NCBI GenBank assembly: GCA_040222015.1
Contig: JAVJWO010000179.1
Span: 1 to 64,000, forward strand
Direction: 5' to 3'
DNA from: Coleofasciculus chthonoplastes F2-STO-03
Lineage (GTDB): Bacteria > Cyanobacteriota > Cyanobacteriia > Cyanobacteriales > Coleofasciculaceae
DNA length: 64,000 nucleotides
Shown here piece by piece: positions 10,351 through 19,754 of this stretch (within the stretch, counting starts at the first letter, position 1; each line of letters begins with the position of its first letter). The position numbers and the translations under genes are program-made. The notes beneath the pieces were generated by a model, which saw only the letters and a list, made by a program, of their open reading frames with translations, searched no databases and was not told the origin of the DNA.

Positions 10351-10575
10351 AACCGCTACCCCTGACTCCATCTCCGCCACGAGTCAGGTTAAAAAATCAG
10401 GCTCTCTTAGACTGGTTATGGCAAATTAGCAATTTAAATAAGCTTAATCTCTTAAATAGCAAAGGATCTAACAAAATAAAAAGCCTGTTTTATTAAAATT
10501 GCTTTTTTAAATCTCCATAATCCTTGCTACGCAAGAATCATGGAGATTATTTTGTAGTAATTTATCATAGCTAGT

Positions 10576-11556
10576 CTAGAAGAGCCAAAAATCCTTCAGC
10601 ACTTGTTGATTCTCGGCAATGTAATCACGGGCAAACATAGTCAAATTCGCAATATTTTCCGGACTAGCATTGTCGATCTCAAAACTCATAATATCGGGTT
10701 GGAGGCGAAGGTAACGCTGAACGTCTAGAGTATCAACCTCCTGAGTCCCCATAATTTGGCGAGTAATGTAATCGTGAATATCAGAAGAGGCATCAAATAA
10801 TACATCAATCAGGCGTCCTTTCCATCCCCATTGTGCCAATCCCCAACCGCGTGTCTCATTCCAAGGAAATGGACGCTCAGAACTTCCAGTACCAATTGAG
10901 AGTACAGAAATGTCTTGAATTGAATAATTTAATCGTAGGGCTTCTGCCAGAGCCGCCGCCGCCGGATTGTTGGCACCAACGCCACCATCAATGACCGAAT
11001 ATTGTCGCCGTGGTGTTTGTAAAAGGTGAGCTGGGAAATAGGTGGGTGCAGAGGAGGAACAGACGCAGGCTTCCCATAAAGGAATCGTGAAAAAATCTTG
11101 GTCTTGACGCCAACTTTTGAATACAATCGGTTTTCGTCCCATTGTATCGTAGGCAATAATCATCAGTTGCAGAGAATCCTCAATATCCGATAACCGGGTT
11201 GAGCCAAACTCTTCTTGCAACACTTGAATTAAGCCGTCGTCTGGGTAAAGCGGTGCGGAAAGACCGTATTGAAACACTAATCCCAACCGCCGGGGGGAAA
11301 AACGACCTTGATAAGGAAAAATTCTTGCCCCCTTCTCTTGATAGAGCCTGATAATCTCTTGACTTTTGCGTCCCGTGGCGATAGCTGAGGCGAGGATTGA
11401 ACCTGTAGACGTTCCGGCAATCAAATCGAAATATTGGTTCAAAGGTTGGTTGAGAACTCGTTCAACTTCTGCTAAGATAACCGCTGAGATAATGCCGCGA
11501 ATGCCTCCACCATCTAAGCTTAAAATTCGATATGTCACGTTTAAATGTCTCCCCAA
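10576..11556 (-). CDS. Patatin-like phospholipase
   Basis: SLDGGGIRG, GTSTG, SSSAPTYF, DGGV motifs. Confidence 0.93.
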   Translation of the reverse strand: MGRHLNVTYRILSLDGGGIRGIISAVILAEVERVLNQPLNQYFDLIAGTSTGSILASAIATGRKSQEIIRLYQEKGARIFPYQGRFSPRRLGLVFQYGLSAPLYPDDGLIQVLQEEFGSTRLSDIEDSLQLMIIAYDTMGRKPIVFKSWRQDQDFFTIPLWEACVCSSSAPTYFPAHLLQTPRRQYSVIDGGVGANNPAAAALAEALRLNYSIQDISVLSIGTGSSERPFPWNETRGWGLAQWGWKGRLIDVLFDASSDIHDYITRQIMGTQEVDTLDVQRYLRLQPDIMSFEIDNASPENIANLTMFARDYIAENQQVLKDFWLF

Positions 11557-11842
11557 CTATCGTTTAAGTGTAAATTATATTACAGTTTCTAGAAAAGCGT
11601 TTAGGTAATCAATAAATAGGGAAAGTGGAGAAAAGTTGGAATAGGGTATTTTTTTTTGCGTCACATTTATAACTTATATAGAATTTCCAAATCAGGCATG
11701 AAATCCCAGGATAGTTGCTAATGACACAAAAAACACTCGAACCACTTTCTTTTCTACTGTTTCCCGTTTCCCGTTCCCGGTTTCCTATTTAGGATTTAAG
11801 GGAACCATTTTATCCCGATTGACCCTTTACTAAACCATACTT

Positions 11843-12373
11843 ATGTCAGACCTATATGTTACTTGGTCAGAATACCATAAAAAAATTGAACGCCTAGCCG
11901 TCAAGATTTATCAAGCCAACTGGGAGTTTAACCAAATTGTCTGCATTGCTAAAGGAGGACTGCGGGTGGGGGATATCCTCTGCCGAATTTATGGTAAACC
12001 CTTAGCGATTCTTGCTGCATCCTCTTATGGGGGTTCCCAAAACCGTGTCCGAGGTGAAATCACGTTTTCCCACCATCTGACGATGACAACGGAAACCTTG
12101 GGGAATCGTGTGCTGCTTGTGGATGATTTAGTGGATTCTGGCGTTAGCCTGCGGGAATCGATGAATTGGCTAGAGGAACGGTATGGCAATGAACTGGAGG
12201 AGATTCGCACGGCGGTTTTGTGGTACAAGGCTCACTCCCTGATCACCCCGGATTATTACATGGACTATTTACCTGACAATCCCTGGATTCATCAACCCTT
12301 TGAACCTTATGAACGTATTAGTCCAGATGAATTAGCCGCCAGCTATTTGGTTAAGGATGTCCAATTTCCGTAG
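11843..12373 (+). CDS. Purine phosphoribosyltransferase family protein
   Basis: IAKGG and VLLVDDLVDSG PRPP-binding motif; WIHQPFE. Confidence 0.9.
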   Translation: MSDLYVTWSEYHKKIERLAVKIYQANWEFNQIVCIAKGGLRVGDILCRIYGKPLAILAASSYGGSQNRVRGEITFSHHLTMTTETLGNRVLLVDDLVDSGVSLRESMNWLEERYGNELEEIRTAVLWYKAHSLITPDYYMDYLPDNPWIHQPFEPYERISPDELAASYLVKDVQFP

Positions 12374-12552
12374 AGGTGTTTGAAGGGAATACAGCCGGGA
12401 AAATGCTCTTAGATTACGCGAAGGAATTCTTACTCATTCGACGAAGAGCGACTCGGCACTAGCTAAAGCTAAAAGGAAGCGGACTGCCGATAATTTACCC
12501 GTGCATAGCTTTCAAACGACTGATCAAGTCTCAGGTGAGCGATAGGAGTATT

Positions 12553-13555
12553 CTAAGAACCAGTCTGTTCAGCTTCTGCCTTTGCCAAATCTTGACTACT
12601 TGTGATTATTGCTTGAAGAGAAGGAGATGAGGATTCCTGAGACTGTTGCTTTCCAGTCTTTGATGCTTGCCATTGCTCCCCTTTGGTAATAACGTATTGA
12701 ATAAAATACTGATCGTCTGTAGATAAATTGGAGTCAAGTTTGTTAATATATTCCAAGAAAACGACTAACCCTAGCTTTTGGGAGTTATCAAGTGTAATGT
12801 AAACCTTTGAAAGCGTAGAACAAAGGCTTATAGCATTGAAGAGAATCGCGGCATGAACGACGGGATACCGTTCCCTAAACCAATCCACATCTCTGGCTAA
12901 ACGCATCTCAACTAACCACAAACGACAGTAGGCTTCCCCCGCGTTTATTGGTGTGGTATCGTAATCTACATCAATCCGATACTCCGGTAAGAAAAGGGCT
13001 TGATACTTCGGCGAGTCTCGCCTGAAGGTTTCTGAGAAGTTCTGCCAAAAGATCATTAATCACTTCCTTGCCAATATCAAGATAATGAAGTTTGAATATG
13101 TTTCCAAAAAGCGCGAAGAGGAACACCAGATTTAGAACACCAGTACCAATACCTTGTCCTTTGGGGGACTCAATTCTGCCAACTGCATTACGAGCTGCTA
13201 AAGCCTTAAAATTTTCCTGTCCCTGCTCAACTAATCGAGAGAATAGAGCAACATTTTGATCGGCTAGTCCATAGAGCGGAGCGAGTTCGCATAGGTACTT
13301 GAGTAAATTCACCATCGGGTGATAATCCAAGCGCTGATTAGAGATGGGATAAATTTTAAACGCTGCGACTAACGCTGGAGCAAATTTAGTGGGTGTTGCA
13401 CCCAGTTTCAGATTGCTGAGAAGAGCAATATCGACACCAGCGCTCTCCAGAACCTCTTGGCGCTCACTGGCATCGTTAACCTTAAGAGCAAATTGGTTTA
13501 GCGCTAACATTAAAGGTGCAACATCTTTCTGCTCCAAAAATAATTCATGATTCAT
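12553..13555 (-). pseudogene. Mosaic remnant: effector-associated-domain-like helical domain plus start of a trypsin-like peptidase, fused to further fragments
   Basis: ORF 12971-13555 loses similarity after AVGRIESPKGQGIGTGVL; ORF 12553-13056 contains a second helical segment resembling the first. Confidence 0.5.
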
Positions 13556-13860
13556 AATACTTTCATCTGTCCAGCTTAAATTTGAGTCGGTAAATTGAGA
13601 TAAGTCTTCCTATAAACTCTTCAAGTTGTACAGGTTCCATAAACTACATCTCAATTATTCTGTAGACTACTCTTCGTACATAGAAACAAACTTAGACGAG
13701 ATTCTGTTCTCCATGAAACAGCATCAATACAGCAGTATCAAATACGATGAAATTATTGAGTAGTGTCCTTATCCAGTTATAAAACATTCCCAGGTTCTGC
13801 CTGGAAACGAGGGAGGCAGAGCCTGGGAACGAGGGAGGGAAGAATATCTCTAGCAACTAC

Positions 13861-13949
13861 AGGACTTATGCAGGTACATCATATATGGTGGCAATGGTGC
13901 GTTACGCTACGCTAACGCACCCTACAGATAGAGGCGTTGCGTAAGTCCT
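13861..13949. mobile_element. MITE (TIR AGGACTTAYGCA) with internal palindrome
   Basis: AGGACTTATGCA ... TGCGTAAGTCCT around GGTGCGTTACGCTACGCTAACGCACCCTAC. Confidence 0.7.
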
Positions 13950-13961
13950 AAACCAGCGAGA

Positions 13962-15386
13962 TTACTGACGCCAGACTTCATCGACAACATCCCCGGATGA
14001 ACCGACTAATTGGATATGCAAAGGCATTTGACCAAACGCATGGGTGGAACAGCTTAAACAGGGGTCAAAGGCGCGAATTCCGGCTTCCACTCGGTTTAAT
14101 AACCCTTCCGGTATTTCATTCCCGTGGATGTAATGTTTGGCAATTTGTGCCACGGTTTTGTTCATCGCTAAGTTATTTTGACCCGTGGCAATAATCATGT
14201 TGACTTTCTTGATAATGCCATTTTCATCCACATTATAATGATGGAACAATGTGCCTCGGGGCGCTTCACTGACACCAATGCCTTCTAAACTGTTAATTCC
14301 GGCTTCAGCCCGAGTGCGTTTGGAGACAATATCTGGATCTTCAACTAATTGTTCAATCCGTTCTAAAGCTGCCAGAATTTCCACTAAGCGGGCATAGTGA
14401 TAGAAGAAGGATGACGTGGCTACACCGCCTGCGCGATCGCGAAATTCTTGTAACTCCCGATCCGCCGCTTCCGTACCCATGCGATCGCAGATATTCAGTC
14501 GGGCTAATGGACCCACTCGATAAATCCCATCGGGGTATCCTAGGGGTTTATAGTAGGGGAATTTCAGATAAGACCAGGGTTCAACCGCTTCACCCATAAA
14601 GTCTTGATAATCATCCTCACTGAGTCCATCAGCTACCATATTCCCTTCACTGTCTTTGAAGCGAAGATGACCATCATAATGTTCCCAGAGTCCATCTTTG
14701 CCGACTAACCCCATAAATAAGGAGGGGAACAGACCAAAGGTTTCTACCTCGGTAGAAAACTTATCCAATAACTGCTTAAACAAGCCCAGCGCGGTATCTA
14801 GAGTCGCACGGGATTCCGGTAAGCGATCGCGAATCCAAGCCCGCCCCTCTTCCGATAAAGGCGATCGCACGCCCCCAGGAACCGCCCAAGCCGGGTGAAT
14901 CTTTTTCGCCCCCAGCAGTTCAATCACCGTCTGACCAAACTGACGCAAGCGAATCCCACTCCGGGCTAAATCCGGATCAGCCGCAATTAAGCCAAACACA
15001 TTCCGAGTCGCCGGATCACTATCCCAACCCAATAAAAAGTCAGGACTACTCAGATGGAAAAACGAAAGGGCGTGAGACTGGGTAATTTGTCCCAAATTCA
15101 TCATCCGCCGCAATTTCTCACCCGCAGGCGGAACCTTCACCGCTTGAATTTTATCCCCGGTTTTCGCTGACGCCAGTAAATGACTCACCGGACAAATCCC
15201 ACAAATTCGGGCAGTAATCCCCGCCATTTCCCACATTGGGCGTCCTTCACAGAACTTTTCAAAGCCCCGGAATTCCACCACATGAAATCGGGCATCTTCT
15301 ACTTCTCCAGCATCATCCAGAAAGATAGAAATTTTCGCGTGTCCTTCAATACGAGTAACCGGATCAATAACAACTGTTTTAGCCAT
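13962..15386 (-). CDS. hoxH: Bidirectional NiFe hydrogenase large subunit
   Basis: [26 protein letters not shown]. Confidence 0.97.
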   Translation of the reverse strand: MAKTVVIDPVTRIEGHAKISIFLDDAGEVEDARFHVVEFRGFEKFCEGRPMWEMAGITARICGICPVSHLLASAKTGDKIQAVKVPPAGEKLRRMMNLGQITQSHALSFFHLSSPDFLLGWDSDPATRNVFGLIAADPDLARSGIRLRQFGQTVIELLGAKKIHPAWAVPGGVRSPLSEEGRAWIRDRLPESRATLDTALGLFKQLLDKFSTEVETFGLFPSLFMGLVGKDGLWEHYDGHLRFKDSEGNMVADGLSEDDYQDFMGEAVEPWSYLKFPYYKPLGYPDGIYRVGPLARLNICDRMGTEAADRELQEFRDRAGGVATSSFFYHYARLVEILAALERIEQLVEDPDIVSKRTRAEAGINSLEGIGVSEAPRGTLFHHYNVDENGIIKKVNMIIATGQNNLAMNKTVAQIAKHYIHGNEIPEGLLNRVEAGIRAFDPCLSCSTHAFGQMPLHIQLVGSSGDVVDEVWRQ

Positions 15387-15517
15387 AACTTTCCTGTCTC
15401 TAGTTGTTTCTTTCTTTTGTGTCCTTTGCCCTTTGTGGAGTTGATCAGTTAATTATTATTTGTTACCCACCCTCAACTTTAACCCATGACAAAGGACAAA
15501 TTACCAATGACTAATGA

Positions 15518-16066
15518 CTATCCAAACTTAATCATTGAGCGTCCTTCCATAACGGGTTTTTCACCTCGCAGTAAAGGTTCGATTGTTGCTTTAATTCGGT
15601 CGGCTGGTGGTGGACAACCGGGCATAAATAAATCAACGTGAACCACCTCATGCACAGGACGCACGCGGTCTAGTAATTCTGGCACAATTCCGGGGAAATT
15701 AGGCAATTGAGGATTCGCGTCTCCCAACTCCAAATAACAGCGCTTCAGCACCGGTTCTGCCCCTCCTAACATATTCCGCAGGGCTGGTACATTCGCGGTT
15801 ACAGCACAATCGCCAAAGGAAATCAGGAATTTGGTACGTTCTCTCGCGATGCGAATTAACTCTAAATTTTCTTCATTAGCGACACCCCCTTCTACTAAAC
15901 AAACATCCACGTCTTCGGGGTAATCTTTAATATCAGAAGCCACGGGGCTGAAAACCACATCCACTTTCTCAGCCAGTTCCAGTAGCCACTCGTCTAGATC
16001 CAAAAAGGACATGTGACAGCCGGAACAGCCACACAACCAAATAGTCGCCAGTTTGATCTTTGCCAT
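15518..16066 (-). CDS. hoxY: Bidirectional hydrogenase small subunit
   Basis: GCSGCHMS, GDCA, PGCPP. Confidence 0.96.
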   Translation of the reverse strand: MAKIKLATIWLCGCSGCHMSFLDLDEWLLELAEKVDVVFSPVASDIKDYPEDVDVCLVEGGVANEENLELIRIARERTKFLISFGDCAVTANVPALRNMLGGAEPVLKRCYLELGDANPQLPNFPGIVPELLDRVRPVHEVVHVDLFMPGCPPPADRIKATIEPLLRGEKPVMEGRSMIKFG

Positions 16067-16180
16067 GTTTTATTTCTCCCAACAATTGGTGATTGGTGAT
16101 TGGGGATTTGTTAAAGAAAAGGGAACAGGAAACAGGAGTTTTGAGTTAACTTCCCCATCTCCCCCATCTCCCCTATTTTG

Positions 16181-16897
16181 TCACCGAGTCCATTTATGCT
16201 CTTCCCGTGCGGTGACTAAAAATTCTACTTTCCCTCTGTCTTTTTCCATTTCCGCGACTGTGGAACCCTTGCGGAAAAGAGAACCTGTGGGACAAGCATC
16301 CACACACTTACCACAAGAAGTACAGGCTTCCACCTCTCCCCAAGGCTGAGCCAACCCGCTAATGATACGGGACGCCGGACCCCGCCCTGCCACATCCCAG
16401 ACGTGAGCGCCTTCGATTTCGTCACAGACTCGCACACAACGAGTACAGAGAATACAGCGGTTGTGATCAAGACCGAAGCGATCATGAGATACATCCACGT
16501 CTCGTTGTGGGAAACGGTAGGGGAAACGGGTGTGATCCATCCCCACCTCAATCGCCGCATCTTGCAATTGACAATTGCCATTCACCACACAGACGGCGCA
16601 GATGTGATTCCCTTCGGAAAACAGCATTTCGACAACCATGCGGCGGTATTCTTGGAGGGTTTCGGTATTGGTATGAACTTTCATTCCCTCCGACACCTCA
16701 GTAACGCAGGCGGGTAGGAGTTTGTTAATCCCTTCAATCTCCACCAAACATAACCGACAAGCGCCCACATCGGTAACCCCTTCTAGATGACACAACGTCG
16801 GGATACGGACACCTGCTTCTTTGGCTGCGGTTAGCAGGGTTGCGCCTTCTTCAATGGCGACATCAACACCATCAATTGTCAATGTTTTTACTGACAT
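16181..16897 (-). CDS. hoxU: Diaphorase Fe-S subunit
   Basis: IPTLCH, ACRLC, CILCTRCVRVC, CTSCGKCVDACP. Confidence 0.96.
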   Translation of the reverse strand: MSVKTLTIDGVDVAIEEGATLLTAAKEAGVRIPTLCHLEGVTDVGACRLCLVEIEGINKLLPACVTEVSEGMKVHTNTETLQEYRRMVVEMLFSEGNHICAVCVVNGNCQLQDAAIEVGMDHTRFPYRFPQRDVDVSHDRFGLDHNRCILCTRCVRVCDEIEGAHVWDVAGRGPASRIISGLAQPWGEVEACTSCGKCVDACPTGSLFRKGSTVAEMEKDRGKVEFLVTAREEHKWTR

Positions 16898-17074
16898 ATC
16901 GTTTTTTGTCCTTTGTCCTTTGTCATTTATCCTTGGTCAGTTGTCATTTATCCTTCGTTCTTTGTCATTCGTCCTTTGTCAACAACGTGAGGAATAAGGG
17001 CGGGTTTTGTTGAAACGTTATCGGTTTTTCATTAGCGTTAGTCCCTAAACCCGCCCCTACAATTGACTGATGAC

Positions 17075-18691
17075 TTATGACTTCACCGCCACTTTTCCAT
17101 TTGGGCTATCTTGCAGTAGCGCCAGATACTCATCCCGGAAATAGCGCAGCGTACTCATGACGGGATTCGGTGCAGTTTGACCCAAACCGCACAAGCTGGT
17201 GTCTTTCACCATGCCACAGAGCTGTTCGAGTTGTTCGATATCCCTCATCGTGGCTTCTCCCTTGAGGATCTTGGTCAGCGCTTGGTACATTTGCACTGTT
17301 CCGACCCGACAGGGGATGCATTTGCCGCAGGTTTCTCCCCGACAGAATTCCATGTAGAACTGGGCAACTTCAATCATGCTGGTAGTTTCATCCATCACCA
17401 CCATGCCGCCAGAACCCATCATCGAGCCGATTGTAACCAGTGAGTCGTAGTCTACTGTGGTATCGAGTAGGGATGCGGGGATACAACCGCCAGACGGTCC
17501 CCCCGTTTGCACCGCCTTCACCTCACCATCTGGTACACCGCCGCCCATTTCTTCGACAATTTCGCGTAGGGTAATACCCATTGGCACTTCAATTAAACCA
17601 TTGTTGCGGATTTTACCCGTTAGAGCGAACACTTTTGTCCCTTTGCTCTTTTCGGTGCCGATATTGGCGTACCATTCGGCTCCTTCGCGAATGATGACGG
17701 CAATATTGGCAAAGGTTTCAACATTATTAATTAAAGTAGGACATCCCCATAAGCCCGATTGTGCGGGGTAGGGGGGACGGGGGCGGGGTAAACCTCGTCC
17801 GCCTTCTACGGAGGCAATCAGGGCTGTTTCTTCACCGCAGACAAAAGCACCTGCACCGATGCGGATATCAACTTTGAAGTCAAAGGGAGAGCCGAAGATT
17901 TGACTACCTAGAAGGCTGAGCCTTTTGGCTTGCTTGATTGCCTTTTGCAGGCGATCGATCGCGAGGGGATATTCCGCCCGAACATAGATGAACGCTTGTG
18001 TCGCACCAACCGCATATCCGGCGATCGCCATTCCTTCTAAAACCCGATGGGGGTCACTCTCTAACACCGAGCGATCCATGAACGCACCGGGATCACCCTC
18101 ATCCGCATTACAGATCACATATTTTTGCTCCCCAGGCATCTTCGCCATGGTTGCCCATTTCAATCCTGTGGGATAACCGCCGCCACCGCGTCCGCGCAAC
18201 CCACTCTTGCTGATTTGATCGACAACCTCCGCCGGGGTCATATCATGAATAACTTTATACAGGGATTGATATCCCCCAGCCGCAATATATTCTTCAATCC
18301 GTTCCGGGTCAATTTTGCCACTGGTTTCCCGGACGATTCGCACTTGGCGAGCAAAAAAGGGGTGATTCAGATCGCCCTCATCCGCCGTGGCTGTCCCGCC
18401 GTTAAGGGATTCAATAATACTGGCAGCATCATCGGGAGTCACTTCCTCGTATAGTTTGTCCTGGGGATCGATTTCCACCAAAGGACCTCGCCCGCAGAAC
18501 CCCATACACCCCACACCGACGACTTGCACGCGATCGCCTAAATCTGCTGCTTTAACCGCTCCTTCTAAATTTTTCTTTACACCCAAGGAATTCGCCGCTT
18601 GGCAACCTGTTGACGTACAACAATGTACGCGGATGCTTTTTTGCGCCTGACGTTCTGCTTCAGCAATTTCTTGCAGTTCCGTTAAATCCAT
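17075..18691 (-). CDS. hoxF: Diaphorase FMN/NADH subunit
   Basis: [38 protein letters not shown]. Confidence 0.97.
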   Translation of the reverse strand: MDLTELQEIAEAERQAQKSIRVHCCTSTGCQAANSLGVKKNLEGAVKAADLGDRVQVVGVGCMGFCGRGPLVEIDPQDKLYEEVTPDDAASIIESLNGGTATADEGDLNHPFFARQVRIVRETSGKIDPERIEEYIAAGGYQSLYKVIHDMTPAEVVDQISKSGLRGRGGGGYPTGLKWATMAKMPGEQKYVICNADEGDPGAFMDRSVLESDPHRVLEGMAIAGYAVGATQAFIYVRAEYPLAIDRLQKAIKQAKRLSLLGSQIFGSPFDFKVDIRIGAGAFVCGEETALIASVEGGRGLPRPRPPYPAQSGLWGCPTLINNVETFANIAVIIREGAEWYANIGTEKSKGTKVFALTGKIRNNGLIEVPMGITLREIVEEMGGGVPDGEVKAVQTGGPSGGCIPASLLDTTVDYDSLVTIGSMMGSGGMVVMDETTSMIEVAQFYMEFCRGETCGKCIPCRVGTVQMYQALTKILKGEATMRDIEQLEQLCGMVKDTSLCGLGQTAPNPVMSTLRYFRDEYLALLQDSPNGKVAVKS

Positions 18692-18706
18692 AATTTTCTC
18701 TCCTCA

Positions 18707-19157
18707 TCAGTGGTGGAATAAACCCATCCGCAAAAACTTTATCCTTACCTAGTAAAACGTTCAGTTTATAGACTTTAGTCTACCTTCAATTTCCTAGGTT
18801 TTATCCTAGACATACTCTATTTTTCGAGGTATAACTAAATTCTACAGCACCTGGAAAACTTGGTCTATGGGGTCAGGGTAGGAAAAGCTCGGACGGGTAA
18901 AAACCCAAAGCTTCATGGAACAGTTTTCGACCCAAATAGCGGTGAAAAACCCGCACGGTCTTTAATGAACTGTGAGATGCAATTAAGCGCAATGTATGTG
19001 ACTTTATGTCAGCATATCTGAGCGTATAGGGGGTCTTTGACTGCTCCCACTGGTAAGATAGTCCAGTGACAGCCTGTAGTTGTGAAGTAGTGCGGTTTTA
19101 ACCCGCTACGAAACAACTGCTTAGAATCCCGCGTACTTTAGTCGCGGGAGAAGTCAA
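18707..19157 (+). mobile_element. ORF-less IS200/IS605-derived element between hoxF and hoxE
   Basis: Right end AGAAT-CCCGCG TACTTTAGT CGCGGG-AGAAG-TCAA (to 19157). The left boundary is uncertain; TCAGTGGTGGAAT near 18707 may be half of a left-end hairpin. Confidence 0.7.
18807..18859 (+). promoter_or_regulatory. Sigma70-like promoter followed by a BoxA-like motif
   Basis: TAGACA(18807-18812)-17 bp-TATAAC(18830-18835); GCACCTGGAAAAC (18847-18859) resembles cyanobacterial rrn BoxA GAACCTTGAAAAC. Confidence 0.55.
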
Positions 19158-19177
19158 TCCATCCATCCCTTCACCTT
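18842..19177 (+). ncRNA. Candidate standalone TnpB-type omega/reRNA with a 3' guide derived from hoxE
   Basis: Many hairpins between the promoter and the IS605 right end; no TnpB coding remnant recognisable. Confidence 0.5.
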
Positions 19178-19693
19178 CTCCAGTGCCAATTCTGCGGTTT
19201 GTTTCGGCGCAACTGTGCCATCAAACACTACGGCTGGGGCGATACCGCAGGCACCGAGACAACGGGCGCTGAGCAAGGACATTTCGCCATCAGGGGTGGT
19301 GTCACCTACTTGGATGCCAAAATGCTCCTCTAGTGCCGATAGCACTTGTCCACCACCTTTGACGTAACAAGCCGTACCCGTACAAACCACACAAGTATGA
19401 GTGCCACCGGGCTTCAGGGAGAATAGGTGATAAAATGTCGCCACCCCATACACCCGACTCAGGGGCAGTTTTAGCCCTCGTGCTACATACAGCAACACAT
19501 CCTCCTCCAGATAGCCAAAGGCTTCCTGTGCCTTGTGGAGAACTTCAATCAAAACATCAGGACGATACTGAGCCCGCTTCATTGTGATATCCAGAACTTT
19601 GAAGCGCTTATCACCACTGGGATGTCCTTTCTTGGCTTCCTTCGGCTTTTTCGCCGCCGTGGTGTCTGCACGAGACGTGGGCACAGTTGCCAT
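19154..19693 (-). CDS. hoxE: Diaphorase 2Fe-2S subunit
   Basis: ATG at 19693 after AAAGGAG; VATFYHLF, CVVCTGTAC, CLGACG. Confidence 0.95.
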   Translation of the reverse strand: MATVPTSRADTTAAKKPKEAKKGHPSGDKRFKVLDITMKRAQYRPDVLIEVLHKAQEAFGYLEEDVLLYVARGLKLPLSRVYGVATFYHLFSLKPGGTHTCVVCTGTACYVKGGGQVLSALEEHFGIQVGDTTPDGEMSLLSARCLGACGIAPAVVFDGTVAPKQTAELALEKVKGWMD

Positions 19694-19754
19694 AGTTAAC
19701 TCTCCTTTATTTTGAGTATCTGTAGGGTGGGCATTTGCCCACCCCACAAAAGGT

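Noticed and set aside
8539..11229. Diversity-generating retroelement TR/VR pair (patatin copy)
   Set aside because: Mismatches are not adenine-specific on either strand, and no reverse transcriptase is in the window.
18839..19021. Short open frame in the hoxE-hoxF spacer
   Set aside because: No good start or RBS, no resemblance to TnpA/TnpB; better explained as structured RNA.
18692..19153. Group I intron / IStron in the hox transcript
   Set aside because: The IS end is antisense to hox, and I could not identify group I core motifs.
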